From Laetmonice hystrix (Eukaryota): DNA of 64,000 bases. A model generated the notes under the pieces. It made no database searches, was not told the DNA's origin, and saw nothing but the letters and a program-made list of their open reading frames with translations. Below are positions 53,401-64,000 of this stretch, piece by piece (position 1 is the stretch's first letter; each line of letters begins with the position of its first letter). The translations under genes were made by a program, and so were the position numbers. The stretch lies in assembly GCA_965235115.1 (NCBI GenBank), contig OZ249436.1, positions 61,690,001 through 61,754,000 of the forward strand, written 5' to 3'.

Positions 53401-55894
53401 AAGAATCCCTAACGTTAGGGGCCTAGTACTGTACTGGTGTATGATTATGCCTTAGGCGTACATATCCCGATCTGCATTACGTTCAATCAATTATATTTGA
53501 GTAGCACATCACGCTAAATCTATAGGCCTACACGAATTCAGTAGGTGACCAGACGCGTGGTATGATGCGTTAAATACTGTAGCAAAGATATGTGGTAAAC
53601 CCTCTCACAGAACGCGATGTTCGTCCTTGCTATGGTCTGGCCTACTTCTATTCACGGTCATAATGTCTTACATATTAGATTGAGGGCACATGATGTTTAC
53701 ACATCAATTGATCTCAAAAATATCTCGTAATCTTCAGCTTGACCCTGGATATGTCAAACAACTCTTGTATGCCGTTCTCTTCTCCTTCATCAATGAAGAG
53801 ACGATGGAAGTGGTTGGTCATCAGCCCCAGGACTTCATCCGGTCCTGCGCATTTAATGGCATCCGGTGCAACTACACGTGTGTATTATGTTGATAATATG
53901 AACAATTCACCGAATTATCAGCGTTTGATTTACAATAAGCTGTTAGGCGTGCAATGTTTTACAGCGGAAACAATGTAAACTGAGCAGGTTATTAAATAAT
54001 TAGGTTTATCGAAGTTATAGAAGATTTATTGAGCTGTGCGTGGAAGATGTATTAATTGCAAATATAGTCCATCCAATTAAAGTAATGGGCTTCGAATAAT
54101 CATGTTGAACACAGGACAGTATCTCAAACGCAAGTTGTTCATTTGTACCTTAAATATTGGAATCGATGACGCAGACTTATTGATGATAGAGCATGGTTAA
54201 AAACTGGAAACAAAATGAATTCTACTTTTAGGAAGAAAGCATACTCGCTGGAACTGAAGGTATTAGTGATTATTTGTGTTTTTTAACATGTCTAATTAAA
54301 AAGCTGCCGTACCATGTCTCATGTTTTGTTGGAACAAAATGAGAGCAAGATATAGTTATCGGCTTTGGCAGCTCTCAGTGTAAACTTATTCACTTTACAT
54401 TCAGTTATTTCGTGGAGTTCCAGACAGATTCGTTCGGTAACTGTTTCACGTTCAATGACGGATCAGACGGACGTCCAATACGTCACAGCAACCAGTCTGG
54501 TCCGAAACATTGTAAGTAGAATCACTTCAACCTGCATGTAGATCGCTTCGTGCGTCATAGAAACCCCCCACAAAAAATCGTAGCACTGTGGATGGATCGT
54601 CTGCATGGAAACGGTTTCAAGAAAAAATATCACTGACAGAAAAAAAGCGCACAGATAAATCTCCATTCAGCTTCGCCATCACCAACTTTACCCGAGTGTT
54701 ATTTGTATTAGCGGAGGGAGAGGCCGGTGATATGTTGAGAGGTATCGGCCTGAGTTGACAGTCAGACCAGCAGTCTCTCGAGTGCCCGTCGACTGCGCTA
54801 GCAGACCAAGCTATAGGTGCCATAAAACTGCCGCCATGTCCCGGATGACTATTTCTCAGTTTAAATCATTCCGTCTGTTCCTAACCTCGGGCGTGTTTAT
54901 CTAATCTAACCTAAAGGGTAACGTTTCCAATGAAACAATGTTATTTTCAATCTTGGAAAGAATCATTTTCTATTCAGGCACATGGAAATTGCAGCATCGA
55001 AACACAACACGAGCAGTTGTTTGTAAGAAAGTTCAAATTCCGATTGATGAGCTTCCGCCATGTTCTTGTAACGGTAGCCTATCCTGAGAACAAATCGACA
55101 TCGATCAATGCTCAAGTGTTTAACCGTATCGTGTGTAGTTACATCTCGCTGTCTCTGTCTCTCTATGATCTCGGTCGACCCAGCATTGTCATTGGAGCTG
55201 AACGTCGAGCAGTATGAGTACGTCACGGAGGTGTTCAGTACGGCAGGTGTACGGCTCATAGTACACGACCAGGGCATCAGGCCATTCCCACAGGAGGAAG
55301 GAGTTAATGTTGCCCCTGGTTACCACACGTACATCGGGGTCAGCAGGGTACGTCTTATATAACAGGCATCGCGACCGGCGCCAAGTGTCATATTTTTGGG
55401 GAGATCTAGGCCCTACCGCTATTCAGAAAGTGACTAACTTCTTGATGAAGTCTAGGCCTATAATAGATAAATCGGGGTTTCATGGGGGGGGGGGGGGGAC
55501 TTTGATGTAGCCAAATTTATGTCCACCCAGAACTCTAATATCCTGACACATTTTCTATCTTATTCCTAATTACAATAGCTATGATTATGTATCCTCTAAA
55601 ATAAACGGAGAAAGAAGGGGGAGAACCCCGCCGCCCCCCCCCCCCCCCCCAGCCGCATTGCATATTGTGTTGTTACGTATGGAATGGTTTAATAATAAGT
55701 AACTGTTATTGTCCCTATAGAGTGGAATTCATCGCTTGTCTGAACCTTACGGAAACTGCACTGACGGATCTCTCTCACAGAATCTGCCGGGCTATAAGTA
55801 TTCAGTAATGGTTGGTATCCGGGCATCATCTGTAGGCCTAATATCTTAACTTCTGACGATCGGAACGAAATCTATACGCGCACATTGCTCTCTG

Positions 55895-55963
<69 letters not shown>

Positions 55964-58923
55964 CTCTCTCTCTATATGTCTCTCACGCTGTGTCTCTCAC
56001 TGTCTGTCATTCTCTGTCTATCTGTCTCTCTGTCTCTCTCTCACTCTCTGTATCTCTCACTCACTCACTCACTCACTCTCTCTCATTCTCTGACTCTCTC
56101 ATTGTAGCACTCACTCATGATGAAATTAGACGAAGATAATTGTTATAAAGCGACCTAAAGCGGCCGGGAAAATGCTGCTGTAACCTAGGTGTATATGAAA
56201 ATGGCACTTATTTTCAGGCTAAACTCGTTTTTAAAAATTGTAGGCCCACGCACTAGAAATGAATAATTTCAGAAGTAAGGTGGAAGTTAAAACTCTTTGG
56301 CTTCCATATAACTAACAAATCATTGAGTGGCAATTCCATTTGCTTTTTGTCCCTGCCACAGGCCTGCTTAAAATTGTGCCTTCAGTCGAAAGTGGAATCC
56401 CGCTGTCACTGTACAGTACCGCTGCTGCCATCTAGTGGCAATGTCAAGAATGTCTGTAGCTACAAAAATAGGCGCGAGGGCTGTGAGTATTAGATCCTAA
56501 TTTTACAGTTTTTTTTTCTTCTTTTCCTTAAGAAAATCTAACCAGTCAGGCATAAATAAAGTTTTTTTTGCATGCAGCGGATTTTTCTCTGATGATTCAG
56601 TTTGGCCTACCTGGCGTTGTGGCATAAAGTGGCAAATTAGGCATGAAAAATACACTCTATTGAAGAGAAATTTAAGAGCTACTAATAATTTGGAATGGAT
56701 TCTGCCGTACGTAACATACATGTGGTGACACCCAAACCTTTTGCACGCGACTGCGTATTTTGCGTAATAAGCGGTTCACTCTTGACCGTCTGTCGGTACT
56801 TGTAGATCTGTGTATGCTGAGAGCTGGTGCAGCCTTTCTCGCCAATGCCAGCCCCTGCGACTGTCCAGAAGCCTGCAAGTATGTGGTATAGCGGTTTTAT
56901 TATGGCTTTAAAAGACCCATGCATATATTATTCACATGGTTCAGATTATAGAAGTCGAAGGGAAGATATTTAAGGACAAGACCTAGGCAAGGCATAAAAT
57001 AAAGTTAATTGTATTGAAATCCTGACATTGAAATGATTCCAGCGAGGTCAGTTTCAACATGCTGTTGTCGTTTGCTGATTGGCCGAACGTCATGACAGAC
57101 AAGGTTTGTTAAATTCATGTCACTTGAATGATATTTCTGGGAGAGTAAAAAGGTTATTAGGACTACTTAAAGGGATATATTAACGATCCCCAAAAAACAA
57201 CATGTGTCTTAATCGTTGCCATAACAAGTGTAAAAACCTTGGCATATATATTTGGTCTGACAAAAAAGGCAAACAAAAATTAATGTGAGCTAAGGGGAAT
57301 CTAAATTTCGCAACACAAACAAGCAGGCGCGTGGAGCAGTATAGTTTGCATAGAAATTTACCCATTCCTAAGTTTGGAACCACTGCGAGAAAAAATATTA
57401 TACTAACGTCTGTGTCAACGGCTTGGATTGAAATGATAATTACATTGTTGAGTTGATAAAACATGGGAAGTTTTTTTGTTTGTTTTTTTGTTTTGTTTTT
57501 AAATATAATTTACAGAATATTTTCAATCCCATTTTCTCCATTGTACACAAAGCATATTAAACAAGATATTGATTACTGACACCAAAAGACATTCTCCTCA
57601 TTTCATCTTCAATTATGTGTCATCTAGTTCTGATGGCAGGTCTCATCATTTAGAAAGGACAAACATGCCTCTTTAAGTCTCTGAGGAGTCTATCCCTTCC
57701 TGTTGGAGTAACGGAAATCCTCCATGTCAAAGGTGCCTTCTCGGTCATGATGATAGGCCTATAGTTTTAAAACAAGATATGCGATCCCCTGTGAAGACGC
57801 AGGTAAATGGGATTGATAAGGAGGTATGATTTCTATCCGGTCTGAGGATCATCTCAACATGACAAGCCGGCCAAGCTGGCGGGATCAAACACTGCTACAC
57901 TGACGACAGCTTTATGTTGTGGTAACAGAAACACCTGTCGTCACTAGTCGATGGATCAGACGTACTCAGGGCCATGCCAGCCGACCATCCTTTGACGGAT
58001 ATCAGGTAGGCCTATACATAAAAGCTTTGCTTGTCTTATATTCGATCAAAGATTGCAGGCTACCTTTAATCTGCTATCAAAGCGAGGCACCCAAAGCAAG
58101 CGAAATGTGTGTGGGTGTATGTTGGTGTACATGTATGTGTGTTTGGGCGGTGTAGGACCACCCATGGGTGTATGGCGTGCACGTACATGTCTATCGTATA
58201 TGTAAAATGACATAATTCCAAAAGAATACACAACTGTTACAAAAATAAATTTAAACCTTAAATTAATTTATATGTTTTAGAAAGGAAAATCGATGGGGAT
58301 GCAATTACGTTGACGTAGTCATTTGATGCTTAGACATAAGTGGGTTATAGCCTACCGTTGCCACAATAATACTGTGGTGACCTATCGATTACTTTGATTC
58401 TAAACTCTTTCATTTCATTTTATGCTCGTCGAGGAAAAACATTTGATCCGTGCATGTTTTCACTTGTCGCAGTCCTTACAGGAACAATCTCCTAAAATTG
58501 GACATCTATTACCAGGAACTGAATGATATTGAAATAATACAAAAGGCAAACTATGGGGTAAGTGTCAATTAAAATCAAGAACTCGTATATTTATGCACTT
58601 TTATTATGATGATCCTGAGTAAAATTAAATCTAGTTCTTCGTGATCATTAATCAATCCTCGAGGGTAAGGCAATATACACAGTCAAGAAAACCGGGGTAT
58701 GATTACATTTTTAACGCCTGCTTCTTTGCAGTTGGCGACTTTTCTCAGTGATATTGGCGGACAGTGCGGACTCTGGGTTGGAATGTCTGTCCTTACTATG
58801 TGTGAAGGACTCGAGCTTCTCATGGATATACTCATGGTTTTTTGCAACTGCTCGCAGCGTAAACGCGACGAAACACAAAATGTCACCCCTAAGGTCGACA
58901 CCAAGCCTTCTGTATTTGAATGA
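50439..58923 (+). CDS. DEG/ENaC (amiloride-sensitive sodium channel) family subunit, 587 aa
   Basis: Twelve exons: 50439-50985, 51703-51818, 53738-53877, 54405-54511, 55184-55347, 55721-55810, 56362-56482, 56806-56878, 57043-57103, 57929-58005, 58482-58557 and 58732-58923, total 1764 nt, in frame. Motifs STTAHG, TM1, FPAVTLCNLN, GNCFTFN, GVRLIVHDQ, Cys-rich thumb, CDCPEAC, SFADWP, LDIYYQEL and SDIGGQCGLWVGMSVLTMCE. Confidence 0.95.
51924..53381 (+). mobile_element. Kolobok-like non-autonomous element (1458 bp, TTAA TSD, 20-bp TIR) in DEG/ENaC intron 2
   Basis: ttaa|agcccatgtcaacactaaca ... tgttactgttgacatggact|ttaa (18/20 match). Contains a THAP remnant and a (CAG)n run near 52917. Confidence 0.85.
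52183..52484 (+). pseudogene. Decayed THAP zinc-finger coding remnant inside the Kolobok-like element
   Basis: MVRYCVAKFCQNSDLTGHSIHTFPRDPAMQ* gives the C-x4-C and HxFPxD parts of the THAP motif. It resumes in another frame as LLCLGRHFLPVKF (the LCSxHF part). Confidence 0.75.
55901..55960. repeat. (TC)30 microsatellite followed by degenerate CT-rich sequence to ~56100
   Basis: Read directly from the sequence. Confidence 0.98.
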
Positions 58924-59952
58924 GATGATCGGAAAGCAGAATCAGTCTCAATAACTTATGTCAAGAAAGCGCGCTTACGCAAAATATTGTAAATACTGGG
59001 TCGCAATTCAGTTGTAGGAGAGGATTTTAGGCGAGCCGGCCGAGTGACGCATAAGTTGAACAGAGATGGCAAATTTGACGTAGGACGAGTTGTCATAATG
59101 GTCAAACCGTACGTTAGACACATAGGCCTATCTGTGTGAAATACAAGTGACCCTGTGAAACGAAATGTGCCCAGTGTACTCATAGAAATGCGTCAGTTCT
59201 AAGAACTCTACATTTGTCATTGTATAATCTGTAACTACAAAAATGTGTTAAGGCTTAAACTGGTGAAGCATGGTCGAGCTATATGAAATCCAGCCTTCAA
59301 GTCATATACTTACCGTCCGCTTTGATCTACCGTATATACCAGTAGACGTTACTGTCATGCTCGTTTCCATGGAAACGTTAGATCCTTCAGACTCGCAAGC
59401 CAGTATCCATATTATATATTTTTACGTAGTCCATACCTTGATTGATAAGCTACATGTACAGTCGTGTGAATGAATTGCTAGTTTTTACGGTCGGAGATAT
59501 CAAGGACAGGTTTTATTTTCATGACTATAGAAATATGATGTACACTTATATAACAACTTGAGGAAAGTAAACACCCCGGGTTCATCATCCGAGAGGAAGA
59601 ACACAACCCCTAAAACACTGATTTACGACCACATGCATGTATAATGGGGTGAGCCCAAATGTATAGAATATCTCAATAATATAGTCAATAACTATATGAT
59701 CCTAATAGGGTATCTGTTCCATCAACTGTTTATCAATCCTTGTGATGCCAGTTAAAATAATCTGGCCGAATAATTATCGTCATTTTTCTTGACGCGGATT
59801 CATCCAACGATATGCACAAATTAAGTAGTTTATTGCTTAGAGTACATGATATACAATGATTGGTTATGTACACCAATCACCATTCATGGTTGTCCGTTAA
59901 CATCACTGATCGGGCAGTAGTCATGTTGCTTGACGACGTGAGCTGTCCAGAA

Positions 59953-62900
59953 CTAAATGTAGTCCGCCCGGTGGAGACAATCACAACAAAAGAAGATATT
60001 TCGTTGCTGACTGTTTTGTTTGAGGAGTTTCCCGGTGCCGTTAGATGTCGTCGAAGTCTGGACGTCACTATCCCCTTCTTCACCTAAGGCAAAGAACAAA
60101 TGGTATGTACACATGAGTACAGATGTCTAGAAACACTAACGCTGAGCGAATCCGCACAGATACTTTCAAATAAATTCGACTTACCGTCTGTTCTTGCTGT
60201 AAGGCGGTTGAGCATGAGACCTAATAGTTCTAATACCTCCGTTCGTTCTCTGAAAATTGATGACATTGAGGGTATAGTTATAAATGACGGGATCTGGATT
60301 CTAATTAAAATTAAAAACATCCGTCGATATTCCACTGTACATTTTTTTGGACATAGTAGAAAGCTTTAAAAGGCCATACTGAAAGTGTAAAACGTACGTA
60401 TCTAATACTGTCATGGCTAAGTCATCTGTCTTGCTCTCGCCTGTTTTGGACGGATGGACACGTTGGCCTTTCCCCTTTCCTTTCTTCTTGGAACCTCGAC
60501 AAAAAAAACAGGATTATTAAAACTAGGTAAATATAGTATGTATGAGAGCAAAGCTCTGTGGCAACGAAAACTGCCTCAACTGCGAAAAATGTCACAATCA
60601 CAGAGTTTGAGACAATTTTCGTATGTATGATACGAAAAATGTCTCAAAATCTCTCGGTGGGACATTTTCCTATGTACTGCCTGCGAAAAATGTCACAATT
60701 TCCTTAGCGAGACATTTTTCGTCATTGAACCCCTTGAACCCCAACCCACAACTTAGGAATGCTACCTATTGGCAATAACCGTGGGTTGTACAGTGCAGTA
60801 TAGCCTACGTAACAACCCTTCTTACTTCTCGTAAAGTGATGGCATCGTATCAGGTTCAGGTGGTTTTCTTATCTTCTTATTTCACCCAGATCATCTTCAC
60901 CACCAGTACTAAACAGGTTAATGGCAATGCTAACTCTCAACTATATCTTCATTAGAAGTTATGTCCATGTATCTTTATGTTCACTCTTCCTATCTTTTAT
61001 TTATTTACCTATTTGTATAGACATGAGTAGGGAATGGCCGTGCATGTTAGCCAGGATGTTTAACTCCTTGGCGTACATCTCGAGGCAGTCGGTGAGTGAG
61101 GACACGTACTTGCTAGCCTCGCCGTGCAGCGCCTGTCTGTAGCAGAGTATTATAAGTTACACTGGCATTTATAACTGAAACAATGTTGAGAAGAAGTGCA
61201 AACTTTCTGGAACAGTTCGGATGGGATTGAAAAATCAATGAGGGAATTGACCACCCCGATCCTCTGCCCAGATCCGACGCCCCCTGCTCTGCTGTGGTCA
61301 TGGTTGAATAGAGAAGTTAAAGCTCATTACCTTGTCATCTTCGGGAGAAGATTGTCTCTGATGTGCCAGCAACATTCCATGCAGGTTCGCCGACTTGTGT
61401 TGAGCTCATCGTACAGTTTACGAGCGTTCTTGTCGGGCACGCCCACAAACATGAGGAGCTGATGTAGGCGGGCAAGGCGGCGGTTGAACTGGCCGAACAT
61501 CTGGCAACAAAAATTGTCGGCGCCGTTAAAATTATCATGACCTTCTCATATTTTTACGCCTGTCAGTATAACTGGTCAAAGGTCAAAGTTAAAAGGAAGA
61601 AAAGTCCGATATTGACTTTGTTCTCGTTAACAGTATGCAGGACCCGTACATACAGGTTTGCAGAGGTATAGACCCACTGATGTAATCCAACCATGCCTGC
61701 ATTTAGAAACTCAATTCACGCACCGGTTGCATGTTTATCTCAGTAGCTCAAACCAGTTCCTACACAAAAGATTCTTCCTTAAAAAAAGGTTCCTTTTGTG
61801 ACCAAAACGTAAACATGGATAAAAGAAAAAAGAACTTCTGGAACTATTATATATATAACGTCGTTTCAGTGATGCTGCTGAATAGGTTCAAGGCTATAAT
61901 TCAGAAAGAGTTTAGGTAATGGAATCTATTTTCAGAGTCAAGCGCATGTATTTCCACCTTTGAACGGCAAGAAATTAATGGCGGGAAGATTGCGAAGGGA
62001 ATGCCCCCAGTGCACGAGTAGGAAGGGCCCTGTGTAATGAGTGTATGCGATATACCACTTCTTTTACTCGAGCGTCCAAATACCATATAACGATCGTGAA
62101 TCTTGTTTGTGTCATCTCTGTGAATTGATCGTGTCCCCTGGAAGCCCGTCACGCATACACGAGACGTGAGAGAGGACAGAGGGTGCTGATTGAGTACACA
62201 GACCTGCAGGGATGTCGCCCTCACAGTGATCCAATCACAAAGGGACCGTGTTATTGATCCGTCTTCGATACTCACATCACTTTGACACAGACACTCGGAG
62301 ATTAGGGACTATCGCATGACATACAATTAATTTAAATCAATGAGTAGGCACAATCTGGAAGAACACAAATTGAAACATATAACCATAGACTATACTGGGG
62401 GAGCGGAGGGGAAAATAGGGATAAGAGACACTCTAAAGACCCCTCCTTGAGCTATCGGGTCGATACTAAGCGTACAAAGCGAGGCAGATTTGGTAACATT
62501 ACCAGTCAATCTCCCATAATGCAGAGGGGCTTGCTCCACTATACCCCTCTGCCACACCTGACCTTTTACGGGCAAAATCGAGCCCCTACGCATTCAACCC
62601 TGTTTTTGCAAAGTCGGCCGTCCTGTATGGTATCTGTAAAATTTAACGTACCTCTAAATCCCCAAACCGAGATTATACCAAGTGACATTCATCGTACAAA
62701 AGAAATATCTGATGAATCGGCAATGTTCGGCTGTCTCGGTCCGGGATTTCTAGGTCAGGTTAGGGGTCACTCAAACAGCAGAACCCAGGGTGTGGCAGAG
62801 ATTGAATGAAGTGAACTCTGCCCAGAGTGATTACCAGTAGGCCTATACACAACGTACGGGATTGTATTCTGGAGCGACTCAAACAGAACAGATCGATAAA

Positions 62901-63950
62901 CACGCTTCTTCTTTATGCCGAGGATTATAGTGCATGTATCTAATACAGACTGTTGGCCTATAGCACTTGTTTTTGACCTATCTGGTTCCCAAAGTACACT
63001 TGGTCGCCCAAGAATAGTATTCTATTAGAAAGAAAAAGATTTATGTAGGCAGTTCTCTATATGATTACAACCGGAATAGTTATAAATAAATAGATGGCAT
63101 GAAGGAACATGACCAAACACATTTGTGGTATTTGAACATATACGATATCTAAGGATGCGCAAGATGCGACCGTAATCATCATGAAAACGGACCCCTAAAT
63201 GCTATAGATCTAAGCCTAATAGGTCGTAATGGACGGTGGGTAACATCATGCACTGGCCTACCTGATGACAAGCCATTGCGAACTCCACCGACTCGTCGAT
63301 GGTATGGATGGCTCGGCGGCGTCTCCATACTGCGAATCCAAACGTCGGTCCGGCATTGGCAATGAGGGTGGTGGTGGCGGTCCTCAGGGTGGTGGTGGCG
63401 GTCCTCGAGGTGGTGGTCACCGCTGATTCTGTCACGATCTCACGTTCTGGTCTGAACTTGTGGCCGGTCTCCTCCCCGGCTGAATCAGGATCCGGCGTGC
63501 CGGCCGCCAACCGCAGTCCGCCGGCGATGGAGCCCAGGGCGTCGCTGACCGTGTACCGTGTTCCTGCCTGGACTCGCCGAACACCCAGCTTGCTGGCCGC
63601 TGATCTCACCAAGTCCAGCAAACGGGATCTGATTACGGCCCCTATTGTAACATCAGTGCCCGCGCTTTAAGCCTCTTGGCGATGTGTCCATCCCAACATT
63701 ATAGGTGCTCATTTTGAGGGGCGAACCACATCTTTGGATTCAACTCTGATAAAGGCAGGACTCCCTATAGCCATTCCTGGATGCAGGATCATGCACCAGC
63801 TACGTGAATCCTGAAATACGCTACGGCACGACCTATCCAAGCAATATCTAATTAATGTAATGATTATTCACCAAAATATTCCGAGTTTGTTCTTCGCTCC
63901 GTGTGACATAACATCCGCCGCTTTGTCCACGGCAGCAACCGCCTCGCCAT
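59953..63950 (-). CDS. RGS7BP: R7BP/RGS7BP-like membrane anchor for R7-family RGS proteins, ~349 aa
   Basis: Exons 63950-63872 (least certain), 63641-63262, 61500-61331, 61136-61009, 60494-60398, 60249-60185 and 60083-59953, total 1050 nt, in frame. ACHQMFGQFNRRLARLHQLLMFVG resembles R7BP [36 protein letters not shown] resembles LQCCLEMYTTEM. C-terminus QRNIFFCCDCLHRADYI* carries a di-cysteine like the R7BP palmitoylation motif. Confidence 0.8.
62507..62829 (+). mobile_element. Dispersed repeat, copy B (see 48458-48934), in R7BP-like intron
   Basis: Shared blocks as listed for copy A. Confidence 0.85.
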
Positions 63951-64000
63951 TTGCGAGGCCTAATTAACCTGGAGTTAAGTCGCAAAAACTTTAAGTATTC

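Noticed and set aside
63299-63670. 123-aa plus-strand ORF with hydrophobic VVVAVLR repeats
   Set aside because: It is the antisense shadow of the R7BP-like exon and its Thr-rich 21-bp repeat.

Overview
Intron-rich animal genomic DNA, most consistent with a marine invertebrate; the taxon cannot be fixed from sequence alone. I built exon models by hand from GT-AG sites and checked each for phase continuity. The genes are: the 3' part of REEP5/DP1 (+); two tandem 8-exon Serratia/Vibrio-type GH20 chitobiases (+/+); a 4-exon orphan gene with a duplicated N-terminal module (+); three tiny single-transmembrane genes (PIGBOS1-like +, an unknown 66-aa protein +, and UQCR11 -); a 12-exon DEG/ENaC channel (+); and a 7-exon R7BP/RGS7BP-like gene (-). 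PIGBOS1 and UQCR11 are absent from the supplied ORF track. Non-coding DNA holds many MITE-type DNA transposons (TTAA-, TA- and 5-bp-TSD classes) and minisatellites. Four signals stand out. (1) Tandem duplications sit on splice donors: the GT is kept in an in-frame 48-bp array and lost in all three extra copies of an out-of-frame 34-bp array. (2) TAGGCCTA/TAGATCTA palindromes are strongly over-represented and appear as 6-bp length differences at TA sites between paralogous repeat copies. (3) The chitobiase paralogs share a 267-bp 100%-identical tract that starts at a splice acceptor; one paralog looks secreted and the other GPI-anchored. (4) The microprotein cluster includes a possible second ORF on the UQCR11 mRNA.
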